NCBI GenBank assembly: GCA_001599295.1
Contig: BCGN01000003.1
Coordinates: 868,001 to 932,000 of the forward strand
Direction of reading: 5' to 3'
Length of the DNA: 64,000 nucleotides
Source of the DNA: Sporopachydermia quercuum
Taxonomy: Eukaryota
Shown: piece after piece, positions 11,601 to 21,747 of the stretch
How positions within the stretch are numbered: position 1 is the stretch's first letter
How the letters are laid out: each line of letters starts with the position of its first letter
Position numbers and translations under genes: made by a program
Notes under the pieces: model-generated
What the model was told of the DNA's origin: nothing
The model's input: only the letters and a program-made list of their open reading frames with translations
Database searches by the model: none

Positions 11601-13517
11601 GGGAATATCTATCTGAGTATGGCCCGTTAAGTAAGCAATACCAGCACGTTTACTATAACAGTGACATAAATATAACCAGTTAAGAGTCTTTCTTGCTCTT
11701 TCTGAATTTGTCTCAATGTCATGATATGACAAGACAGGAGTCAGACCTAACTCAACTGGAACTTGGCTTTGAAATAATATCTTTAGAGACTCGGAAACAA
11801 CAGAAGATTCATCTATACTAAGAATATCAAATGTAAATAAACCAGAAAACATTTTCTCTCGTATCAAAGGCAGCTGGGTTTTAGGTTTGTTCAAAAGGAC
11901 AGTTCTATTCGTAGGCCAAGATTCATAATACTCGTCTTTTTCAATGTCATTAAGCCAAACAAGAGTATTTCTGTCAAGAGGATTAAAAATGTTATACCTT
12001 TCAGTGTTTCCAGCTTTGATAGAGAATACACTAGAAACATTGGTATTAGTCAGAAAATTTAGTGTGTGTTCGGTTGAAATCCCAAGGTCATTAAACTGGT
12101 TGATGATACGCTTTTCTCTAAGCAAAGCTTCGTATATTGAGAGTATATCATCGTTAACGTTTGATACTAATGCGCCATTGATAAAAATACCGTTATCGCC
12201 AATATAACTAGCAGGACCCTTGTTCCAATTGATCATGGCCGCTCGTTCAACGGTTGCATCAACTGGTACATGGGCCAGACTTGAAACGTATAAAGGAAAT
12301 TCACTTGACAGTTTCTCCAAGTGAGCAAAACGGTCCTCCTCCGTTGGCTGATTCAGAATTTCACTAGCAGCCTTTAGTTGTATTGTTTCTAACAATGAAG
12401 CAGGAATACTTTTAAGCTTGTCTAACGATACCTTATCTTCCTTATCTGTATCAGTGTTCACAACCTCAGTCATATCAGTATCATCAATGACTAGATAATC
12501 TGTTCGTTTAAGTGATAATCCAACCCCATATCCCGAAATTATATCATGGAAAGATATGCTATTTCCGGTGCTATTCTCTTTATTTGAGTATCTAACGATA
12601 AACTGAATTTTTCCATCGTCAGCAAATTGCTTTAGATATGTGAGGAATTTGCTAAATTGCGGAGTTTTCACATCGTTTGTATATAAAACAGCCACTGGAA
12701 CTTCTTGCTCGTCATGACACCCCCTATAAACTCTGTCAAAATCCAGCAATTGTTCATTAGTCTCCAGGCTGGCATCAAACTGCAAGGCAAATAAATCATC
12801 TGGAGTACAGTAGATTCTATCCTGAAGCTTAACAAAACTCCCTGAATTAATATCTTCAGCACTACTTAAACCAGAGCTTGAAAAAGATTCGCACTGAGAA
12901 ATGAGCGAGTGAAACGCTGGCTCGAAAAATGTGTTGTAGTACTGGAATTGAGATTGAATTCTTGGTGAATAGTATTGGAGTTGGATGGTATAGTTGAGAA
13001 TGCCAATGTCTTGTTCACTTAGCAGCTTATCTTTCTGTAGTTTCTGTATTAGATTGTTCATAAGCCGCTCGTCAGAAGAATATGACATATTCTCAGCCCC
13101 AGAGTAGAATCCGTCGTCATAAGTTTCATCATTGTCCTGATAAACTGAGAACAAATGGAACAACATCGGAAAATACAAATCATCATTCAATCCTGCAACG
13201 GATTCACTGCAAGGGTGCTAGTTAGTATGTTTACAATGAGCACAAAAGCAATTTGATAGTAATAACAAACGAAAGAAAAACCGTACATTAGATTGAGAGG
13301 AAAAGGAGTTCTTTTCCAATTGGATTCCAGGGTTAACCGTAATTGTTTAGAATCATCATTATTATTGTTTGATTCACCAAGCTAATGATTCAGTTGTTAG
13401 TATATGAATTAAGACAAACATTTATCACCTAGATTCACTACTCACAGTTGCAAAACACAGTTGTAAATGGCCGATAAGAAATATCAGCCCTGTAGTTATT
13501 CTATATGTCATTTTCAT
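8679..13517 (-). CDS. KRE5: UDP-glucose:glycoprotein glucosyltransferase (UGGT; KRE5/gpt1 family); 3 exons: 13517-13446, 13381-13287, 13206-8679
   Basis: GT24 motifs INIFTVASGHLYER, WGYKILFLDVLFP, FVDADQ, YHISALYVVDL and DQDLPNN; C-terminal HDEL. Introns 13445-13382 (GTGAGT..TACTAAC..TAG) and 13286-13207 (GTACGG..TACTAAC..CAG) add a signal peptide (MKMTYRITTGLIFLIGHLQLCFA) and the segment LTLESNWKRTPFPLNLIESVAG in frame. Confidence 0.93.
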
Positions 13518-13822
13518 ACTCAATCAATAAGTAATCAAAGGAAATAGTAAGATAGACAGTTAAACTGTTGCATTCTGCCTCAAAGAGCAACTATTATCAG
13601 CATAGAGAAGTGTAACACAACCAAAGGATATCTAGATACTATGTAAGCTTTACAGAAACTATAATTAACACCTTGATTCACTTCTCAGTTGTAAATTCTT
13701 TGAACTTTCATTCATTATAATGGTTAAATGGTGATTACCATAGATCATAGGTAATCTGTTGTCACTTATCCATTGATTTTGACCTATTTGTTCTTTCGGT
13801 CAATTGTCACTGTCCTAAATCA

Positions 13823-13866
13823 GGTATCACGAAAGTTAATCGTATCACGTGGATATCACGTGATAT
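13823..13866. promoter_or_regulatory. Cluster of three TATCACG motifs, including the perfect 14-bp palindrome ATATCACGTGATAT (bHLH/bZIP-type site)
   Basis: GTATCACGA, GTATCACGTG and ATATCACGTGATAT (13853-13866), about 310-350 bp upstream of the UGGT ATG. Confidence 0.45.
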
Positions 13867-15704
13867 GAAAAGATTTTAGAGAAGGAAAACATTGCTTTTA
13901 ATGGTACTTTTTACATGTATCAAAAAGGCTATTTTCATGTATAATTATGCATTATTACCTGTATTCGGAGAGCTATTCCAATTATGGTAAGTCAAAAGGC
14001 ATTTAGACTTCAAATGCACCATGCGCGTTCTGTCCCTTAAAGGAAAAAAGTTGCTTTTCAAAGCTTATAAAACTGGAATCACCATTGTTTCGGTATGTCG
14101 ATCGAATAGTGGTACCTCTGATGCGGAATATTCAGATGAAAAAGGACCAACCCTCGGTTGAAGTTTGCTACTATGAAGTCATCAATTGTTTAATAAAATA
14201 TAATGAAAATAGTTTCTGATCTGAGTAATTTAGGATAAAGTTCTAACTATGTACAAACGAAAACTCCTATTCAGCGCTATGCTTATTTTATATTATATTT
14301 TAACGACTCACTGATATTTCTTTGGTACTGAAATAAGCGCAACAAAGAAGATTGTAACTGTAAGGGGCTGTAACTAAAAGGGTCTAGTAAGTCTTAATGA
14401 TAGCTGTTTATTATTCTAGTTTATGATAACAGTTTAGTTCAGAAGTAAAGAATCAAACAGTTTATAGTAATTAAAGGAACAATAATAAAAAAGCTTATAT
14501 CTTCAATTATCATATGAAAGCAGAAGTATAATTGAAAAGTAGACATTTTACTACTAATTTACTGAAACCAAACCTACACTCTCACCCACGTAGTGAAAGT
14601 GATCATCACCTTGTCATTAAAACCTTCTCTCGACTCTAATCGACACTCTAGATAAGAAAGTTGAATTTCAATTCAATACATAAAACGACTCTGTTGCCTC
14701 CGAAATCCTATTTCAAGCAGTAAAAGATAGAATCAAAACACACTAATATTGATCACTAATTCTGCTCACTTATTTCTTCACAACATTTATTTTATATTGA
14801 GTTATTCGCCTCAAAATCTGTTTTCAGTGAAATAATCTCATTCATAATTCGGATTTTACGACTTTCAGGATATTGTTGATATTTCAAAGGTACGTATTAT
14901 ATGTGGTTGTATTGTTACACTCATTACCAATTCTACATTTTGATTACGCCATTTTCAGGTCTCCGTTTTCGATTTGTCAGCCTCAAAGTTATTCATCTCC
15001 GTTAATTTTCATGAAACATTTTTCTCTTTCGTTACAAATTCCGTTAATCCATTCTTCACTACCTTTTTTCATCTGTTGATAAAGATATGACTTGATATAC
15101 ACTACTTCTTCATTTTTCAGCTTCTCTGGTATGTCACTACCATTCATTGTTTGTATTCATTCTACCACAAACTTACAAGTTTGCGATTTGTGGTAAGTCC
15201 TAATCTTAGTTGATACCTGAGAAACCCCCTACCTATTTACCTTACCCCATTAGGCAAGTTTAAGATTTGATATATGGTTCAGTTCAATTCACTCATATAT
15301 CTTCCTTATATCTTTTCACATTCTTTTAATTTTTTTTCTGTGCTTATTCGAGGTAGATATTGGGGCTTGACCGAATTATGAATGAGTGTATTTTGGTTCT
15401 CCAGTTTGGAATTGTTTACTTCGAAGTGTTGATAAGATCAAGATCAANATATAGAGGCGAATGAGCATCAAAAGTGCGTAGTGAGAAATTTCCTCCTAAG
15501 ATGCAATAATAATCAAACAAGCTCGGGTTTTACTTTTGTTTTTGAGTGTTGCTTTCATTACAGAGTTGAAAAGAGACTAACCTATTTGTAGGTGTGTTAT
15601 TGGTGAATGAGATATATAAGTGAGGATAAGATTATTGATACTTTGTGCTCATTGATATCAGGAACTTGATACACATAGTTGTTAGTTGTCATAACTTAGC
15701 AATT

Positions 15705-16964
15705 ATGGCATCTTCAGGAGTTGACTCTTCGCTTTTGTTTGCCCGTACAGCATCGATATTTAGTGCTCAGAGCAAAGCAATTGATCATTTGAGTGATCTT
15801 TATTCATCGAACAGCTTTGCGCAAGAACAGTATCTCAAGGCGCTTACTTTGCTTCATGATACTATTAAACTGCCATTCCCCGGGGCCCAAAGGTCTCAAA
15901 CTAAAGGAAAAATTGTAATCACCGGTGTGGGGAAGTCACATAAAATTGCTGATAAATTAGTGGCTACGTTGAACTCATTAGGGTGTCCTTCAGCGTGTTT
16001 GCATCCTGTAGAAGCTCTTCATGGTGATTTAGGNATTATCAATGCTCATGATTGTATCGTCATGATCACAGCTTCAGGAAACACACCAGAATTATTGGCC
16101 CTGCTACCGCATTTACCGGCAACAGTTCCAAGAATTACACTGACGTGTAATAGCACATCACCTCTTGCCAAAATTTCAGCCGCTATCCTTTGGGCAGATT
16201 TACCTCAAAAGCTATCAGAGAAGAATCTATATGGCTTAGCTGCTCCTACCATATCCACCACATTATGCCTTTTGGTTGGTGATGCCGTAGCCATATCTCT
16301 TGCTGAGATGATGGTTGATGATCTTTCCTCAAGACAGAAGCTATTTGGAAAATTCCATCCTGGCGGAGCAATTGGAAAAGCCTATTTGGCGGACCAATTG
16401 GTGTATTCTCCTTCACAAGGATCATCAGTAGGTGGTAAGAGATATGCCTATTCAAATGCAGGTTCTGACTCGTTGGCAGAAGTAGATTATGTAACTACAA
16501 CGGAAAACGATACAGCAAGATCATCGCCTATATTTTCCGCAGCTATGTCTACTTCAGAATCTGTGTCTGATTTCGATAGAAAAGTGAGTAAATTATCTTT
16601 AGCTGGAACAGCAGCTAGAGTAAACAGATTCCCTGAAAGTGAGCTTGAACTTCTACGAATGGCTGCTGGAAGAGAGTACATTATTCTCAACGATGAATCT
16701 TTCTTACGATGTGAAGATATTTACGATGCTATTGCAGCAGCTGACGAAGAAAGTCAAATGGCTGAGAAGGAAAACCCAGAAGAAGATGCTGGTTATTTGG
16801 GTGGTGATGATATGGATAAGGAATTAAGAACCCCAATTCAAATGACCGAAGACGAGGAAATCGGCTCATCAAGAGCTCAGTTCTTTTTAATGGGCGGGTC
16901 CCAAGAAGAAAGAAGGTGGTCAACAATTGTCGATCGATTGAAAGGTGCTATGAAAAGTATCTAA
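15705..16964 (+). CDS. SIS-domain sugar-phosphate isomerase, KpsF/GutQ (arabinose-5-phosphate isomerase)-like
   Basis: GKIVITGVGKS, LHPVEALHGDL, ASGNTPEL, APTISTT and FHPGGAIG motifs. First ATG is at 15705. Confidence 0.85.
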   Translation: MASSGVDSSLLFARTASIFSAQSKAIDHLSDLYSSNSFAQEQYLKALTLLHDTIKLPFPGAQRSQTKGKIVITGVGKSHKIADKLVATLNSLGCPSACLHPVEALHGDLXIINAHDCIVMITASGNTPELLALLPHLPATVPRITLTCNSTSPLAKISAAILWADLPQKLSEKNLYGLAAPTISTTLCLLVGDAVAISLAEMMVDDLSSRQKLFGKFHPGGAIGKAYLADQLVYSPSQGSSVGGKRYAYSNAGSDSLAEVDYVTTTENDTARSSPIFSAAMSTSESVSDFDRKVSKLSLAGTAARVNRFPESELELLRMAAGREYIILNDESFLRCEDIYDAIAAADEESQMAEKENPEEDAGYLGGDDMDKELRTPIQMTEDEEIGSSRAQFFLMGGSQEERRWSTIVDRLKGAMKSI

Positions 16965-17491
16965 GAAGCTGGTAGGTTTAATCANATGGATTCATTAAAA
17001 TTGATGGCTCTATTGGTTATTCGATTTGTTTCTGTTTGGTTTGGTTCGTATTTTTTTGATAGAGAAAATAGAAGTTTAGTTTGGTAGGTGTGATATATAG
17101 ATAAGGTAATGAGGAAAATAGTTTGATTGATCTAGTTAATTAAAAGTTGTTTGTTATGAATAGAAGTGTCTAGTTTTTGTACGAGAAGGAATGACTTGAC
17201 TTTTGCTTTAATTCTTATACTGAACATGATTTTAAACTACCAGGACGCCCTATAAGATAGTAAGATAGCAGTTATAATTTTATCAAACGGTAATGAGTCC
17301 AATCTTTTTTTGAAACATCTTCAGAAAAATGAATTGCAAAAGGAATAAAGCACTATAAAAAGCATGAATGGATAGTTAATAATTGATAATTGCTATTATT
17401 ATATACAACAATGTACAACAACAAAAAATGAGTATAACCAGTATCTCATATATAGATGAATGAATGAATGAGTCTGTGCATAACTTCTTCA

Positions 17492-20400
17492 TCAGCACTC
17501 GCTGTATAGAATACCAAACCGATCATTACAGAAATTTTCAAACGTCTTCGCATCAATTTCTTTCAAGACTTTGAATTTCAATTGTTTACATGGTTTGTTA
17601 CCACTCTCCTTAGTTCTTATGTTATTATTGGCCTCCTGTTCACTATCACCGGCGACAGAAGTAATCTGAGTGATGTCAGATTTAGCCGAGAACAATTCAG
17701 AATGTGCATTATACGACGTAACCGTTGATACATCATGCATATCTCCAGACACAGTATATGCATTACTTGCTGAAGAATACTCTTCATCTTCGGAATCTCG
17801 TTCAATGGGATAATGCTCGGATTCAATTGGTTCTTCGGCAAACCTTTTAATTGGTTTCTCATATAAAAGCTGGTCCGTTCTTGGTCTGGAGTTCCAGTAT
17901 TCTTTATCAACTGATAAATCAACAATTGTTACTAGTTGATTCACAAGGAATTCTCTATTGCGGAAAAAATCCAACAGTTTCAGAGGGTATAAGAACAAGT
18001 GTATAGGAACGCCAGCTCTATCTTCGTAGGCTTTATTCTTAGGATTGCTATTATAATCTTTCTCTGTATAACAAAGAATGTCCGGTAATGTTTCATTCAA
18101 GAACTGGAAAGGTTGCTGATCAGCAAAAAACTGAGTATCCATTGGAGACAAAGCAATAGGACCTCCAAAACCAACAGAGAACAAATACCTTGTAGAAGGA
18201 AAAATACCATCCAAACAGCTTGAAATAGTCTCATAGTATAGATAAAGTAATTGTTCTTGATATGAAAGGTTTTGATTGACTGTTTGACATTTTGATGGAA
18301 AATTGATTATCCATTCCCTTAAGAAGTGAAACAGCTGTCTCGGCGGATAACTAATGGGCTTATCCACGAGCTTTGGCGTAGTTTTCACATACGTATTTAC
18401 TTTCTTTAGAAATTCGACAAGAAATGTGCACTCTCTCAGAAACAATCCTTCTGATTTCTGTAGAATTGACTTATCAGAATGGAAATACTCCTTACAGTTC
18501 TCAAGCTTCTGTAAAGCTTCATCAAGAAACTCAAAAGGATAAGCAGGACAAAACATGGATTTATAGGTTTGAAAATTCGCCTCTAGCGATCCAATTACCA
18601 TTGCTGTTTTATTCTTGTATAATTCAGGTCCAACCAATGCTAAAAATGTTTTCTTAGATGCATCGATATACTTTTCATAGGCTTCTTCATGATACATATT
18701 AGACATTATCATTAAATGAGCCAAACATAAGAATCCGTCAATATTTTCCAACTTTCTCTTGCTTAAGTCATCTAATATCATTTCACCCTTCTTCTTAAAC
18801 CTATTTGCCATTTTAGAAAATCGCTTCCGTTTCTTCAAATCTAAACAGCTTATTGCCAATACACAACATCCCATACCTAAAAGAACGTCTGCCACAATAT
18901 TGACCCTGTCCTTATTGACAATCATGTGAGTGATCCAATCTAAATACAACTTTGATAAATCCTTAGATCGAAATCCCTTACGTACAATAACCATTCTTTC
19001 ATGGGCTGACATCTTGTGCGTATTTGATTCATCACTACAGGGGTCTGAAGCAATTTTGCTGACGAATACCCCAGGCTCTTCGGCAGGATTATTCAATTTC
19101 TTTCTTTTTATCTTTGTCAAAGGTTCGTCAGTTTTAGGATCTTTATGTAATTCAGGAATAGTTAGATTCGACAAATTTTGCATACCGTTCTTCTCTGGTT
19201 TCCTAAAATAATTGCTTTGTTTCTCACTTTTCTCATTTGACACTGATTTTTCACTACCAGAAGTGGGAACTGTTGACACTGTTGGAACAGTTGTATCAGA
19301 ATTTGAAGCAGAAACGGATATTGGGGTCTGAGTACTCAGTGGTTGAAGCTGTGTGTAGTTTGGAGATTCCAGCATTATTGTTGGCTGTTGAATTGGCTTA
19401 TTCATCAGATTCACCGCTCCGCCTGTTGGTGTTGGAGGGATTCCTGCTGAGGTTTGATGTAAAGATGGAATAAAAGGTAGAGAGACGGTAGAATTGTGAG
19501 GACTATGATACATTTGCTGAGGAATTGGTAGGATCTGTGGGTAGGATCGAACCTGAGGCTGATTCGCACCGATAATGTGATTAAAGTGTTGAATAAGTGC
19601 CGGTCCTGTTGTTGATGTAGGTGCGGTTGTAGATATGGATGTGGATGTGGATGTAGCAACATTGGGAACCGAAGACATTCGATTTGATTGTTGTGATGTT
19701 TGAAATGTGGTTGAGATACTGTTAATCCCCAGTCCAGGTGGAAGGGCAAATGATGGGGGTAAATGAGTATAACCACGGTCATGTATAGAAGTAGAAAAAG
19801 ACCCAGAAAACGATGGAACAGAGTTAAGATTCATACTGTTAGGTGGCATGATTGTGAACTGTGCTTGAGAATTATTACTCCCAGTAGAACCGGCTGAGCT
19901 GTTTTTATTGGTGTCATTAGAGAGCTGCTGAAGATGATGAGGATGTCCGTGCAATTGAGGATGGCCATGACTATGAGAATGGGTATGATGCTGATGTTGT
20001 TGTGATGGTTGATGTGAATGCAGAGGAGGGCGTTGATGAGGTGGATAATGATGCTGATGATAATGAAGTTGAGGCTGAAGATTTGGACCAGGATTCAAAT
20101 TCATATTCAAACTCATGCTCAGATTTGACCTATCAGATCTATCAGATGCAACGGGAGGACTTATATTTATAACAGTACCTCTATGAAGATTATTCAACGT
20201 TTTAGAAACAAGGAATCCATCGTATTCTTCCTTTGTCATATCTTGATAACTACATCGTAGTTTTGATCTTCTGCAATTAGAACATACAGGGTATTCTTCA
20301 TTACATTTGATCCTTCGTTTCTTGCATACTTTACAACCCAAATGTGAATTTTTATGCTTCCTCCTAGATCCAGTTTTCTTACTCGCAGTATTATTGCTGT

Positions 20401-20575
20401 TCTCAGTATTGGTATCAGTAGTATTACCTACACTTGAATCATCTTGTGAAGCACCTGGGGAGTTCTTTATAGCAATATTACTTGTTGGTTTCTCAATGGG
20501 ATCAACTTCCCTCTTCGTGCTCGAAACACCAGATTCTCTCTGGTCGTCGATAGATGAGCTCAATCTTTTACTCAT
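17492..20575 (-). CDS. Zn(II)2Cys6 fungal transcription factor with H/Q/P/S-rich activation-like region
   Basis: RRKHKNSHLGCKVCKKRRIKCNEEYPVCSNCRRSKLRC binuclear cluster (Upc2/Arg81-like N-terminal signature). The orthologue cannot be assigned. Confidence 0.88.
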   Translation of the reverse strand: MSKRLSSSIDDQRESGVSSTKREVDPIEKPTSNIAIKNSPGASQDDSSVGNTTDTNTENSNNTASKKTGSRRKHKNSHLGCKVCKKRRIKCNEEYPVCSNCRRSKLRCSYQDMTKEEYDGFLVSKTLNNLHRGTVINISPPVASDRSDRSNLSMSLNMNLNPGPNLQPQLHYHQHHYPPHQRPPLHSHQPSQQHQHHTHSHSHGHPQLHGHPHHLQQLSNDTNKNSSAGSTGSNNSQAQFTIMPPNSMNLNSVPSFSGSFSTSIHDRGYTHLPPSFALPPGLGINSISTTFQTSQQSNRMSSVPNVATSTSTSISTTAPTSTTGPALIQHFNHIIGANQPQVRSYPQILPIPQQMYHSPHNSTVSLPFIPSLHQTSAGIPPTPTGGAVNLMNKPIQQPTIMLESPNYTQLQPLSTQTPISVSASNSDTTVPTVSTVPTSGSEKSVSNEKSEKQSNYFRKPEKNGMQNLSNLTIPELHKDPKTDEPLTKIKRKKLNNPAEEPGVFVSKIASDPCSDESNTHKMSAHERMVIVRKGFRSKDLSKLYLDWITHMIVNKDRVNIVADVLLGMGCCVLAISCLDLKKRKRFSKMANRFKKKGEMILDDLSKRKLENIDGFLCLAHLMIMSNMYHEEAYEKYIDASKKTFLALVGPELYKNKTAMVIGSLEANFQTYKSMFCPAYPFEFLDEALQKLENCKEYFHSDKSILQKSEGLFLRECTFLVEFLKKVNTYVKTTPKLVDKPISYPPRQLFHFLREWIINFPSKCQTVNQNLSYQEQLLYLYYETISSCLDGIFPSTRYLFSVGFGGPIALSPMDTQFFADQQPFQFLNETLPDILCYTEKDYNSNPKNKAYEDRAGVPIHLFLYPLKLLDFFRNREFLVNQLVTIVDLSVDKEYWNSRPRTDQLLYEKPIKRFAEEPIESEHYPIERDSEDEEYSSASNAYTVSGDMHDVSTVTSYNAHSELFSAKSDITQITSVAGDSEQEANNNIRTKESGNKPCKQLKFKVLKEIDAKTFENFCNDRFGILYSEC

Positions 20576-21561
20576 GCTGTATAATCGATAATTGATGGAC
20601 TTGTCGCCTCATCAGGTACTTTCCCAGTTACTTATTTATCGTTCTACTTATTGGCTAATGTTTCTCGTTTGCTATTCCTAGTTGAATGTTAACGCTGTAA
20701 CAAGAAACGCTTCAATAAAAACAGTTTCCTATTTCTTTTCAAAAGCAATTGTTCGTTCAATTTTTTCTTTTAATTCTCGAATTGATACATCATCACACGG
20801 CTTCAGAGAACACCAAATCTATCAAACGAATAAAATTTCACCTCAATCGTCGCAGTAATGGAACTGAGCAAAGTAGGACAAACTGGCAATCAGCAATAAT
20901 CCAATAATTCTCAATATTAAGTTGACTTCAAAACAACAACTATTTCTGAATGATCACCAATTCTTACTTCTACTCGTGTCATAATTGTCGTTCAATCAAT
21001 ACCAGGGTAAGGTTGAATGAGCGAATACGTGCCGAAGGTAAAAGACAATAACAGCAAAAGAACAATCTGGCAGTACCGAGAACAAAAGAATGTAATATCC
21101 TTATATGAATGCAAGTCTCACTTGTCAAATGCTGATAGATCAACAAATGGTTAAAATATATAATTAATGAAGTGGAAATGAGTAGTAAGAAGTAAACGAA
21201 TTCAAAGGAAAAGAGAGAAAAACAAAGGAGTAAATGTGATTATATGATAGTTTGAACAAGAAGGAAAACACCGACTCAAATTAGCGTTTGATGAAGGAAG
21301 TAAACAGACAGGTAAACTACAACTATAGACGAACGCAAATTTATGCAAAAGAGGCTTTAAATAAAGTTGAGTCCAACCTTAATTATTTTTAAGGTTTGAA
21401 ATTTCATTAAGGTTTTAAGTTGAACATCCAAAGTTAATGCTGTTTTAGGATGTAGGGTTCATTTCTAGGTTAAGATTCGAATTATATTATCATGTTATTG
21501 TTAGAGCGAATTTCGATGATTGATTTAGCGAGAAAGAATATTCGTTATCGTAAGTTCTTTA

Positions 21562-21747
21562 ATATTTATTCAGTAGAAGTTGATCATTAGTTACAAATTC
21601 TCTTTGTTAATAGTCTTTACCTCTCAATCTAGCCATTTTAGTAAAAGGCATAACATATTTATTCAATAGAAGTTTGATCATTAGTTACAAATTCTCTTTG
21701 TTCATAGTCTTTGCCTCTCAATCTAGCCATTTTAGTAAAAGGCATAA
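21562..21747. repeat. Tandem direct duplication of a 92/93-bp unit
   Basis: 21562-21653 versus 21655-21747; the copies differ by 3 substitutions and one 1-bp indel. Confidence 0.95.

Noticed and set aside
15205..15260. CTGAGA-AACCCC resembling a TPP riboswitch in the SIS 5' intron
   Set aside because: The P4/P5 elements (GAUC..UAAU..GCG) are missing.
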